Below, piece after piece: positions 43,406-53,756 of a DNA stretch of 64,000 bases (its first letter is position 1; each line of letters begins with the position of its first letter). The translations under genes were made by a program, and so were the position numbers. Below the pieces are notes generated by a model. It had not been told where the DNA came from. It saw only the letters and a list, made by a program, of their open reading frames with translations, and ran no database searches. The DNA lies in NCBI GenBank assembly GCA_002811645.1, contig PDIP01000017.1:227357-291356 (forward strand), read 5' to 3'. The DNA comes from Corallochytrium limacisporum Hawaii. Taxonomy: Eukaryota; Protista; Pluriformea.

Positions 43406-44494
43406 ATGGCAGACTTCAGTAGCCTGCCACTTCCACAGAGGGTGGATCGGATTGTCAAGGTAGGCGATCAAGAGGCCGTCGAACATGTGTCTGAGCCTGG
43501 GGCTTTGAGTGATTGCTACCTTTTGTTCACCAAGGACAGTACAGCTCCGTTTGCGATTGCGAAGCGAACGTTTACTGAACAAGATGTAGACGATGCGGGC
43601 TTCAGGGGATTCCTGAAAGAACAACAGCTGTACAGGAGGGAAGTCGCGGCGTGGAGGCTCTTTGCAGATGGAATCTTGCCTCAGGCGCTAGTACCCAGGG
43701 CACTATATGTTCCCGAGCCAAAGGCCACGGATGAAGGAAAGTATATTGTTCTTGAATTCCTTTCAGACGCAAGGATCCACCAGTTTACAAAAGGCCCGTT
43801 AGCAGACGATGACCTCAAGCGAGTGGTCAGCGGTCTGGCACAACTCCATGCAGCAACCCTTGGCAAGGATGAGACTTTAGACCAATTTCCATCAGCACTG
43901 GGTGGACTAGATTTACAGTGCCAGACAATGCATGCCTTATTAGATGAGCAGTGGGAAGGGCTTGTGAAGAACCAAGCAGTGCAGATTGGTGAAATCGAAA
44001 CTGCTGCGTATAGAAACCTGAAAAGGAAAGTACGGGAGATCCTTGGTTGGAGCATTGCTCCGCCCAAAGAACTGTCTTGTATCACCCATGGTGATTTTTT
44101 CCAAAACAATGTCCTCTTCCGGAAAGACAGGGATGGTAATACCACGGATCCAGCATTTATTGACTTCCAGTTTGCTCATGCCGGAAACGGTCTCATAGAT
44201 CTAGCCACCTTGTTCTTTTCAACTGGTAAAGACCTCCTGGTGGACATCCCTAGACAGATGGAACTTCTAAAGTACTACGGGGACAGTCTAACTGCCGGAG
44301 TAGAATCCTACAACCCTGCCATGAAGGACGCTATGTCAGCTAATCTGATGAAGACAATATCAACGCACTACTCCTTCCATGCCCGGGGCTTCGGCGTTTT
44401 GTGGACAATAGCTAGCTCTTCCATCTTTATGGAAAGTGGGAAGACTCATATTTTGGAAGGAGCCCTCCTTGTCCTAAAAGATCTCTTTCCGTAG
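43406..44494 (+). CDS. Ecdysteroid-kinase-like (EcKL/CHK, APH-family) small-molecule kinase
   Basis: LYRREV, LAQLHA, HGDFFQNNVLF, FIDFQ..GNG..DL. Confidence 0.85.
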   Translation: MADFSSLPLPQRVDRIVKVGDQEAVEHVSEPGALSDCYLLFTKDSTAPFAIAKRTFTEQDVDDAGFRGFLKEQQLYRREVAAWRLFADGILPQALVPRALYVPEPKATDEGKYIVLEFLSDARIHQFTKGPLADDDLKRVVSGLAQLHAATLGKDETLDQFPSALGGLDLQCQTMHALLDEQWEGLVKNQAVQIGEIETAAYRNLKRKVREILGWSIAPPKELSCITHGDFFQNNVLFRKDRDGNTTDPAFIDFQFAHAGNGLIDLATLFFSTGKDLLVDIPRQMELLKYYGDSLTAGVESYNPAMKDAMSANLMKTISTHYSFHARGFGVLWTIASSSIFMESGKTHILEGALLVLKDLFP

Positions 44495-44525
44495 AGTACA
44501 AGGCGTCTGACTATGCCGATGGTGG

Positions 44526-44933
44526 TCAGCCCATCATGTCGTTATTCTCGTCCTCATTCTCAGCATAAGGTTCACCGGACTTTGTCACACTGGCTATCTG
44601 ATCCACAAGCTGACCGAGGTCGTCCGCTGTACTTGGTTTTAGGCACACATAAAGCTCTTTAGGATGTTCCAGTCCGCCGCAGATTCCAGCTTGGAGCATA
44701 CAACAGTTCCCAATTCCTTCCACAGATAGACTTGCTATAAACCAAATATCTTTTGTGGCAAGAGTATGCAAGCTGGGTTGATCTGGTCTGTTTAGTAAGT
44801 CTAATGAATGAACGCTGATTCGAAGCAGGCCTGTTTCCGACGGCAGGCCAGTGAATTCTGGCGTGTCGCTTATCCAATATGACACATTGAAGTACTCTGC
44901 TATCAGATTGCCGCTGATATCGTTTGTGCCCAT
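44526..44933 (-). CDS. Small protein, possible stand-alone PTB domain
   Basis: 135 aa with FNVSY, LLRISVHSLDL, TKDIWFI, ELYVC..STADDLGQLVDQI pattern; tight convergent pairing like the other real genes. Confidence 0.5.
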   Translation of the reverse strand: MGTNDISGNLIAEYFNVSYWISDTPEFTGLPSETGLLRISVHSLDLLNRPDQPSLHTLATKDIWFIASLSVEGIGNCCMLQAGICGGLEHPKELYVCLKPSTADDLGQLVDQIASVTKSGEPYAENEDENNDMMG

Positions 44934-45303
44934 TGTGCTTCACCCGGTACTTGCCTCATCCGACTGTCGCTCGTGGGTCACCCATTCAGGTCATTGGTAC
45001 AGCATGCTGTGCGACACCCGGCTTTCAGGAGGTGCCCTTTCTTATATACATTTTCAAGTCAGTCTTCTCGACCCGTTTAATTGATTTTTTTGTCAAGAAA
45101 TTATGCTCTGGGACTTCATTGGTATATAAATCAATATTTTAGCGGGTACAAAGTTGACAAGGTGAGAGAGGTCGCGAGGGTTCTCGTGTGTTCGAGTATA
45201 TCGTTAACAAAGGTATTTTCAAGCAGGGCAAGCGATGAACCACAACAATACTTTGTTTCCTGTACCCCAATAGCCCGCAGTGCTCAATACGGAATCTAGC
45301 AAC

Positions 45304-45996
45304 ATGCTAACGGTTGAGAACTTCGCTTTGGACTCATACCGAGTCGCGGATGCAATACCGGAGATCTACTATATCAAAGATTTTCTGACTAAAGAGGAAG
45401 AACAATTTTATATGCACTTCATTGAGGATGCACCAAAACCGAAGTGGAAGGTGCTGAAGGATCGACGTCTACAGAATTGGGGTGGCCATCCGCACGCCAA
45501 GGGGCTGGTAAAAGAAGGTCTTCCTGACTGGTTGGAAGGAATCTGCGAGAAACTTGGGTCATATCGCTTATACCCCGATGGAAGAGCACCAAACCATGTA
45601 CTGATTAATGAATATAAGCGCGGACAAGGTATCCTGCCACACGAAGATGGGCCAATTTTCTCCCCGACCATTTGCACAATATCTCTGGGAAGTTCTACGG
45701 TTATCGAGTACGTTCGCAAGAGTGCATCGATGGATGGCCATGTTGTGGGCACAAAGGACTGGTGCGCGCTGCTCTTGGAACCTCGATCTCTGGTGATTGT
45801 CATGGGAGAAGCTTATACCACCTGCCTGCATGGTATTAGACCGCTTGAAAGAGATCAAATGGACAGTAGGATCAGCAACCTGAGCATGACAGATGCGAAG
45901 TCTGGTGATGTGCTCGAGCGGAAGACACGGATAAGCATGACCATCAGACATGCACCCAAGACACTGGCGGGAGTCAGTGCTTTGTTAAAAAAGTAA
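45304..45996 (+). CDS. ALKBH6: AlkB homolog 6 2OG-Fe(II) dioxygenase
   Basis: APKPKW..L..RRLQNWGG.P, NHVLINEY..GQGILPHEDGP, LHGI, RISMTIR. Confidence 0.93.
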   Translation: MLTVENFALDSYRVADAIPEIYYIKDFLTKEEEQFYMHFIEDAPKPKWKVLKDRRLQNWGGHPHAKGLVKEGLPDWLEGICEKLGSYRLYPDGRAPNHVLINEYKRGQGILPHEDGPIFSPTICTISLGSSTVIEYVRKSASMDGHVVGTKDWCALLLEPRSLVIVMGEAYTTCLHGIRPLERDQMDSRISNLSMTDAKSGDVLERKTRISMTIRHAPKTLAGVSALLKK

Positions 45997-46017
45997 TCAA
46001 AAGTTCGTGTATTTATA

Positions 46018-47007
46018 CTATTGTAGTCCACGTGTATGAGGCCTTGGAGGCCGTGCAAAGTTTATCAGATGAGGATGGAAAGCCCTTGCGCACACAAGCA
46101 CATCGAGTGCATCACTTGCGATCAACAGGTCCCCGTCTGTCCACAACCCCGCACGACACAAAGCGGCTCTTATAGAGTCCACAGTGTACTCAGTTTGCAC
46201 AATCAATTGTCCATGAGTGAACGGCAGGAAGTCGGAGAAAGACGTCTGCAGTGAGATCGGGATGAATGGTGAGAGTTGCTGCACTATGGGCTCTAGTCCT
46301 TGCCTGTCGATCATGTGCACTCCCATTCTCGTTGTGCACGCACCGACTCGTATCAAATGCTTGACGGAAAAGAGCTGGACATCAGTCAAGTTCCCCAGGT
46401 TGACGAGATCATGCAAGGACCGAATACACTTAGTGTCTCTGATACGTCGAATGTCCTTGGTTCGGAAACCTGGTAGATGATAAAGCAGGAGACATATTTT
46501 CCAGATGACACCATCCTGTTCCCGTGTCCATAGCTCATTCTGCTCCTGCAATATTCTGCCAATTTGTCGGCTGATTTCCTCTGGTATCGGGTTCAGCGTG
46601 CCTGACAAAACATCTTCTAGGGTTCGCTCTAGTAAATCCACGTAAAATTTTCCTGAGTCAATTATATCATGATATGCGATCATCCAAGACAAGGCACAGA
46701 ATCTAAAGTCTGATCCGGCAATGGGGCACCATCTTTGATCTGAGCACTTTGCGAAGCAACCGAAGGGACACGGTGCCCAGCCCCTGGGTAAGATCGATTC
46801 TGTTGCATTGACATCGTCCCAAGGCATGAATTTCACGTCTGATTCGATGCTGTCGAGCTGTAGTGTAGTTTGTCCTGGAGTTGCCGACGGCAACCATGAA
46901 GCCTCTGCAAACCCATTTTCTCCGAACGTGTTGCTCCAATCGATGCTGCGTGTACAAGCGCCAAGGGTCCCATTGGCAGAGTGTGTCATGACATATTCAT
47001 GTTGCAT
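46018..47007 (-). CDS. Hypothetical protein (329 aa; start uncertain)
   Basis: Long ORF with globular composition, ending 21 nt from the ALKBH6 stop; no family recognised. Confidence 0.6.
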   Translation of the reverse strand: MQHEYVMTHSANGTLGACTRSIDWSNTFGENGFAEASWLPSATPGQTTLQLDSIESDVKFMPWDDVNATESILPRGWAPCPFGCFAKCSDQRWCPIAGSDFRFCALSWMIAYHDIIDSGKFYVDLLERTLEDVLSGTLNPIPEEISRQIGRILQEQNELWTREQDGVIWKICLLLYHLPGFRTKDIRRIRDTKCIRSLHDLVNLGNLTDVQLFSVKHLIRVGACTTRMGVHMIDRQGLEPIVQQLSPFIPISLQTSFSDFLPFTHGQLIVQTEYTVDSIRAALCRAGLWTDGDLLIASDALDVLVCARAFHPHLINFARPPRPHTRGLQ

Positions 47008-50000
47008 CTAGGACATGTGTATAGAATGCAGCGGCTTAAAGAACCACCAGGCTAAGGGCAACTCTCTTCTACCCTGTGCTAATGATGAACCCATGGCGGA
47101 GCCCTCCAAACCTATACCCCTCACGCAAAACCCTATCCAAGTTTTTCGCGCAGTATGGATGGGAGTGTCCGAGCCTCACTGGGGCCTATATTTTCAATGG
47201 ATACTCACGGGAGCCAAACTGTACACGGTTCTCATACCGTCTTACAAGACGGAATGGATATGTTTTTGAGGAAACGCGCATTCTCCTGCATGTCGCGTGA
47301 AACGGGGTCCTTAGGGTGATGGAGAAGATCTCAGGTGTGCGTATAGATGCCCGCGAGCGATATAGAGGTGAACGTGCTGGTTGTAGAGGGTTCTCTTTCC
47401 TCAGTTGCTTTGTGGGTTACCTCCATATCTGCTTCTGGCTGGCTATTCCGTCCAATGATGGCGTTCATGCCTCTGACGGGGCCGCAGTGCAGCAATAAGC
47501 AAACAGGGATTAGGGGCATGCACCCAACTGAAACTGACGATTCGAGCGCGAGCAATCTCAGCATGGTTTGTGCTGATGATCACAAACAGGGGCTTCTCCC
47601 AGACAACTACTGACTGAAGGTGCAGTAGGAGACCACGGATGTCATCCAACCGCTCCAGTCAGGCCCTGTTTGCTTCCACGGGCTCCGTTTCCAACCAGTA
47701 GTGTACTGTTCGCCTTGGTTCGCCAAATGGTTTGCGTGTGCACAGAGGAAAAGAGAAAGTGTGTCGACCAGGTGGACAACCCCATGCGATTTCGTCCGCT
47801 CAGTTGATGCGAGGAGTCTGTGTGAGTTGAGGAACGGTCCCGTACTCAAAGGCGTCTGTGTATGTATTTCGAGCTGGTGTGCCGTACCCGTAGTTTTGGA
47901 CCTCAGTGCCTCAAGCCCTATATCTGGGGTGGACTGAATGGCCTACGACGAAGCCACGAATGTGTGCAAGGGTGACAAGAGTGAGAAAACGAAGAGAGAC
48001 AGGGGATCCCCCATTAATTAGCGCAGTGCGAAGATTCTCTCACATTTTCCCACATATTGGGTATAGCAAGGTCAGCAGGCTCTCAAGGAGCCATCTTCGC
48101 ATCTTTCACAAATGGAACACTTTGTCATGGTTCGAATACGACAGTTTCGGTCGCACGCGAAGAACGGGGACCTAGGCTGTGACACCGCTATGCAGAAGCG
48201 ATAGGAGAGCTGTGAATTAAGCAGGTTTCCCGCAGGATCTTGTTCGTTTCATTTCTTGTGGCTAGTGCATCTCGTGGCTTGCTGCTGGGCAGCAGATGTG
48301 GGTGCTACTTTCAGTGCGTAGAACAAAGAAAATATATGCCAAATGTTCCAAAAATGCTTTCAAAACAGGAAGGTTCACCTCAAAACATAGAAGCTAGGTG
48401 TCTCAGGAAAGCATAGCAGTGTTCCTCAGTGTCGGCTGAAAGAAGGTATGACGGGGATTTTCGCAAGCATACTACGTGTGAACTTCGGTGGACGGTTGCA
48501 AACGATGACCACAATTCGGTTTCGGTATCGCTCCAATTACATCAACATCTGCAGACGAGGACATGCAACATGCTTCTATCACTGAAGAGTAGATTAGGTG
48601 GTCCACCAACTTTTTTTTTTGGGACGGGGAGTACACTCCCTGTGTCACTTCAGCTGTCCAGATTTTGTACACTTTTTTTGCAGGGAGTGTCAGATGCCTT
48701 CGCGGGGAGGTGTTTGGGGGGGGGGGGTGTTTAGTCAACTTGAAGTCGAAAAACCTCCGCGTAATCCGTCACGTGTTTTGTGGAGGTTTTGGTGTGCAAA
48801 AAAAACACCCTCACAGATACACACAAACACCATACAATAATGAAGTATGGATATGGATTGTCCCGTTGGGAATGTCTCCATACCGTTGGCAGTGGTGAAT
48901 GTCTGCTGCCATATGTCCCGCTTTGGTTTCATGTCGCTCATGTAAACACCCGTGGCCATATCGCCCGAGCTCGCAACACTCAAAAGGGTGATGGGAGGTG
49001 TAGATGTAGGATTAGGGTGTGTTGGTGTGTCGCGGCACCACTGTTCATGACTAAGTTGTGTTTGGTGGATGATGTGCTATGGACACACACCTATACACAA
49101 ACAAGTTGGATGAAGACCGCTTCGTATGTCCTCCATGTCTGGAGTCCAAGTATTGAAGATGCTGCACACAAACAGACAACTACTTTCACAAGGAAGGGGC
49201 TCTGGTGGGTTGTATCCATAGTGCTAGTATCGTTTTCACTATCTACCATCGATTGGTGAGGGCACATGGATCGAGATTTGTGACCATATCTAGAGCATAT
49301 ATTGAGTCCCACACTGGACCTATGGGTGCCTCACTTCAAAAAGGAGAGGTTGAAGGTCTCCTCTTTGGGTCCGAGGGGGTGGAGTGTACGACATCTTTAG
49401 GATCCTTGCTGCTCTCGTGTTGCGGCTTTTTACGGTCACAGCGAAGGCGGTTCATCTATCATCCCCTGAGGTCTTACAATCGCCAACTACAAACAAACTC
49501 CTCAGATTAAAAGCGATATGTTCGTGCGTAATTCCTGGGCAAAGTGTGTTTCTTCAGTTCTGCTTACTTTTCGAATGCGGAGAGAACGAGAAGGCGCGGT
49601 CTGCGCTACAAGATACACGCCAACTGTGAGAGCCGTGATGAATTTGCTTCCGGCCTCCCTTCCTCTTCGCTCTCATGCTGTCTCACTCGCACAAGCTGAC
49701 CAAACCCCAAAAACCGGGACCAGCAGCTCAGTATGGCACCCACAGACACCCGTCGCCGCGTACTTTTGACTACCGACATTGTCGACCCTGGAGACTTCCG
49801 ACGATGGAACGTTCCAATCAACCTGGGAACGACGTGGTTTCCAATCTGTTATCCTCATCACAACCTGTTATATGGCGGCCATAGTTCTTGGTTTCGGCTT
49901 CCCACCGTTATTTACCTTGGCTCGGTTTAACACTGATTTTGGAAGTCTGTGTCTGCTTGCTGGCTTTGCTAAGATGGGCACCCGAATTGTCGTCGCAAGT

Positions 50001-52142
50001 GTGCATCTGACCTTAGTTCGCGTGCTTCAACTTCCAAACCTAAGCGTTTTCTGGTTTCCTGCACGGTGTATGACGAGTGGTGGGGTCCCCAAAACTCGTG
50101 ATAGCTCGAATCATGAGTGAGATCACGCACACAACGACGTGCCAAACGCAGCTTTAGTTCGAACGAGTGTACGCCGTGGCATCGTGGATTTGGCATATGA
50201 AAACTTTGCTGCCAGACCTATACTCTGTTTCCCATATAGTCATAAGTGAGCTACCTACTGAACTGGTATTCATACTGGCTCTTTGGTGGTGATGAGAATA
50301 TGATGAAATGGGTAGAACATCGCCTAGACAAAGTGATTGACTCTTGCACAAAGTCGTTTCTCATTGAACAAATCATCATGCCGCCCACTATGATTTCGGG
50401 CGAGGTTTGATAGTGGGCAAGGCTAGTCGTACCCTGCTCTCATTTGAATTCAGATCCCAAACACATCTCCGGCACAGTGATCTGTCTGTCCGCATGCACT
50501 CAGACAGGTCCGACGGTATGACCAGGTGGCCCCGGGCGTGCAAATGAGTCATGCCGCTGTGTGATCATATGGGAGTGAACCGCAGTGCGGTGTGTGCATC
50601 TCCTCACAGCTACCTTGAGCTTGCTGCGTTTTCCTGAGCCTCAATGTGTGGCGGCTGCTTGATCGCAGCAGCCCCGATCCACGGCTGTTCAGAATTATGG
50701 CGTTGGCACTGACCACCATCCGATAGAACACTGATGCCAACAACAACAAGATTGACATGTAGACGACACGCAACTATACCATGTCCTTCCCTTCTATTCC
50801 TCCACATTTGGTTCGTACAGTAGATAATTTGTGTTTTCGGTTTATTAAAGAAATCGGAATAAGGTGCCACCCACTATTTGTTAGTATTCTTGGTTGGCGA
50901 TGATCTGTGACTTAAGCGATGGTTTCATCAGGATTGTATGTGAACGTTGTATCTTAATCACTGGTGGATGGAATGCGATTTGCTGTAACGGCTGGGTAGG
51001 GATATCGCGATTGTATACGCTATTTCTATCCCACCCATACAGGGACAAAGAGCGCCCCGTCACAAATATTGGCCGTCTTTCAACGTTGTCTAGTTTTTGT
51101 TCCAGTGAAACCCGACCTCTGCATATCTCAATGAAATGGAATGTTCGCCCAGCTGAAATCGACGATGTCCCGAGCGCCACGATTTCGAGAGAGGAGTGAG
51201 AGGGTGGGTAAATTGACAAGTGATGTGGAAGGGCACTTCTAATCCGTGAAACTGTACCTTCCCGCTTTTCTTTTGGTTGAAACCCACATCCGCAGATCCT
51301 TTCGGCGAACTGGCACCAGTTTCAAGCATCCAAACCTGTGCCGAAATCGTAAAACGTCTCATTGGAATCTAGGCGGTTCACCCAATCCGTTTCGTTCGAC
51401 AGTATCACACGTCCAAAACTTCGCACAACGGTTTTTTGAAAGGCGGAGCGACGAATGCAAATGAAAGGTAGTAGGAAACAAGTGATCAAAAAGCCACTTT
51501 TCTCGATTGTGTATGTATACGAGTGCGTGCATATAGATGCGGATACATAGGATACCTAAAAACTGGAGACTAGCAGTGGCGGTCTCAACACTAAGCAGGA
51601 GGTGATTTGTAGCATTTGCCCAAAGGGGGCTTCCTTCCTTGTGTCGTGTGGGGGACTGTGTCCGGTACATTCAAGTACAACATCTACTATGCAACAGGAA
51701 TGGGGACCAAGTTGGTAGTGCCCCATGTAGAAAACGATACCATTTTTTCTGCATTTTAAGTTTTTCATCGATTTTCCCCGTTCACTCAGTACTGATTCTA
51801 GATTTTATGTGTGCTTCTGACTCTGCTTGTGAGCAACAAGAAACGCAAAAGATTTGAAACACCGGGAACAGATACAAGCCAGTAATACGTCAATTAATCA
51901 TTTCAGGGCTTCCAGTTTCCCAAAAAGCAGTGATATATTCAATATGCGATACACACTTTCCTCCGAAACTTTCCACGAAGGAGCATGTCAACCGTGCAGA
52001 TATACATCGAAGACGACGAGAGTGCCGGGTCAAGTCAAAAGTCCTAGGTACTTCTTGACAGACCCATGTAAGGCGTAAGTACTGACCAACAGTAGTCCTC
52101 TCCACGAAATAAGTACACCATCATGGCATGCCAGAGGGGCTT

Positions 52143-52165
52143 GGGGGTGGGGTGGGGGTGGGGGG
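52143..52165 (+). other. Four-tier G-quadruplex motif
   Basis: GGGGG-T-GGGG-T-GGGGG-T-GGGGGG. Confidence 0.7.
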
Positions 52166-53718
52166 TTCGTCCACATAAGTCCAACGCCAATTGGGAGTCA
52201 CAGACAGCAGGGGAGGAAACACTACACCAAATCAATTCTTTGCTGTCCAAAAAGAAAATAAATACACCACGACACGGTCTCCCATGGTCAAATGTGATTT
52301 TCTGCATGGTGTGGTGAGGGTTCTCCATTGTTCATCCAAGGCCGGTTAATTATGTCCACCATCCCGACTTCCGTGGACTTTGTTTTGTAAAAATACAAAA
52401 TGTGTCTCCCCGTACTCGATGGTTTTTGTGTGACGAGAGCAGACGCTGTAGAAGTTTGATACACCAAGTTCATTATTCATATAGAATACCTGAAAAGTCG
52501 CTGACACGGCTCAAAGAAACCTGGGGGGGGGGGGGGAAGGATTTCAGCCAATACGGCAAGGGCAAGAGAGATTTGGAAACAAAGCTAAGCAGTGGAGCAG
52601 CAGACCCTGACAGCCTCGCTGCATTAAAGAAACATGAATCTTCAGATTTGCCATAAGTAATATGTGTAAAAAAAAATCTACCATTCGTTCGAATAGTCTA
52701 ATTCTCAAGACAAAGTAGATTCGAAGGATCTAGTTCTTGCAGTACTTTTCAATTAGCAAATTTGGTCATGTGGAACACTTTTAGTGGCAGCCTTCGTCTA
52801 ATTACTAGAATACTAAGGCATGCCTAGAGAGTGTTGCAGACACAGCAATTATTCTCCCTTCTGTTATTCCGGCCCGGCCGTCGAACGGGTTTTGTCCTCT
52901 CCTTCCCTTCCTTCTCTCAGGTCAGCTTTGCTCACGAAGGGCCCCAGCCACCGTCTACAACCCACTCATCGCAGTGGTCATGCCTCCCGAACTTTCTTGC
53001 TGCACAAAACATCACCGCCTTATAAACTGACGCATCCCGCTCGGACTTTTAGCACACATCACCTAGAAAACAGAAGGTTAATATCTACAACAAAATGCTG
53101 GTCATCGGGGATAATTGTCTTCAGGTTGAGTACCTACAGACCTTCCGGTACAAACCACCACACACGGCTATCAGACCACCTGGTTGCGACCTCATTGTCT
53201 TGTGACCGCCGTTCGGCAAACAGAAATGGATCATTCTAGAAAGCAAGCAAGCAACCGAGTGAGATGGGACAATCGCCAAAGTGTACCACGAACCGAAAAC
53301 ACTTGAATTAAGAAATGTCTTCTTGAAAAAATATAGCAACCGTCACCGAGACACTCCGCCCGGTAGACTCTCACTTTTATCGTGCTTTACTGTCTCCAGC
53401 TTTACCTTTTCCGATCCGGCAGCTGTTTCTTTTTTGTACAACTGAGATATTTGTGTGCACATGTTCAAGTCCTTTCGATATGAAAAGATTTATTAAAACA
53501 CCTCTCCCCTTCTTTCGCTATATCGCGAACACAGCCGGATCCCCCACCCTAACCCCTCCCCCTTATCCCCTCGGCTCCTGAGTTGAAGTTTCCGCCCGCC
53601 GGCTCACCCCACACGGGCGCGCTCCCCGAACCATTCCTGTACACATACACACACAGTCAGGTAGGCCCCCTCTGGTCCTCACGTAGGAATACCCTCACCC
53701 GGGCAAAGATCTATTCCT

Positions 53719-53756
53719 CCACCACAACCACCACCACCACCACCACCACCGTCACC
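53719..53756. repeat. (ACC)n microsatellite
   Basis: ccaccacaaccaccaccaccaccaccaccaccgtcacc. Confidence 0.85.

Noticed and set aside
48120-48145. GGTTCGAAT as a tRNA T-loop
   Set aside because: No cloverleaf or acceptor stem in the flanking sequence.
53546-53555. ACCCTAACCC as a telomerase RNA template or interstitial telomere
   Set aside because: A single 10-mer inside a C-rich tract, with no adjacent pseudoknot-like U/A tracts and no tandem repeats.
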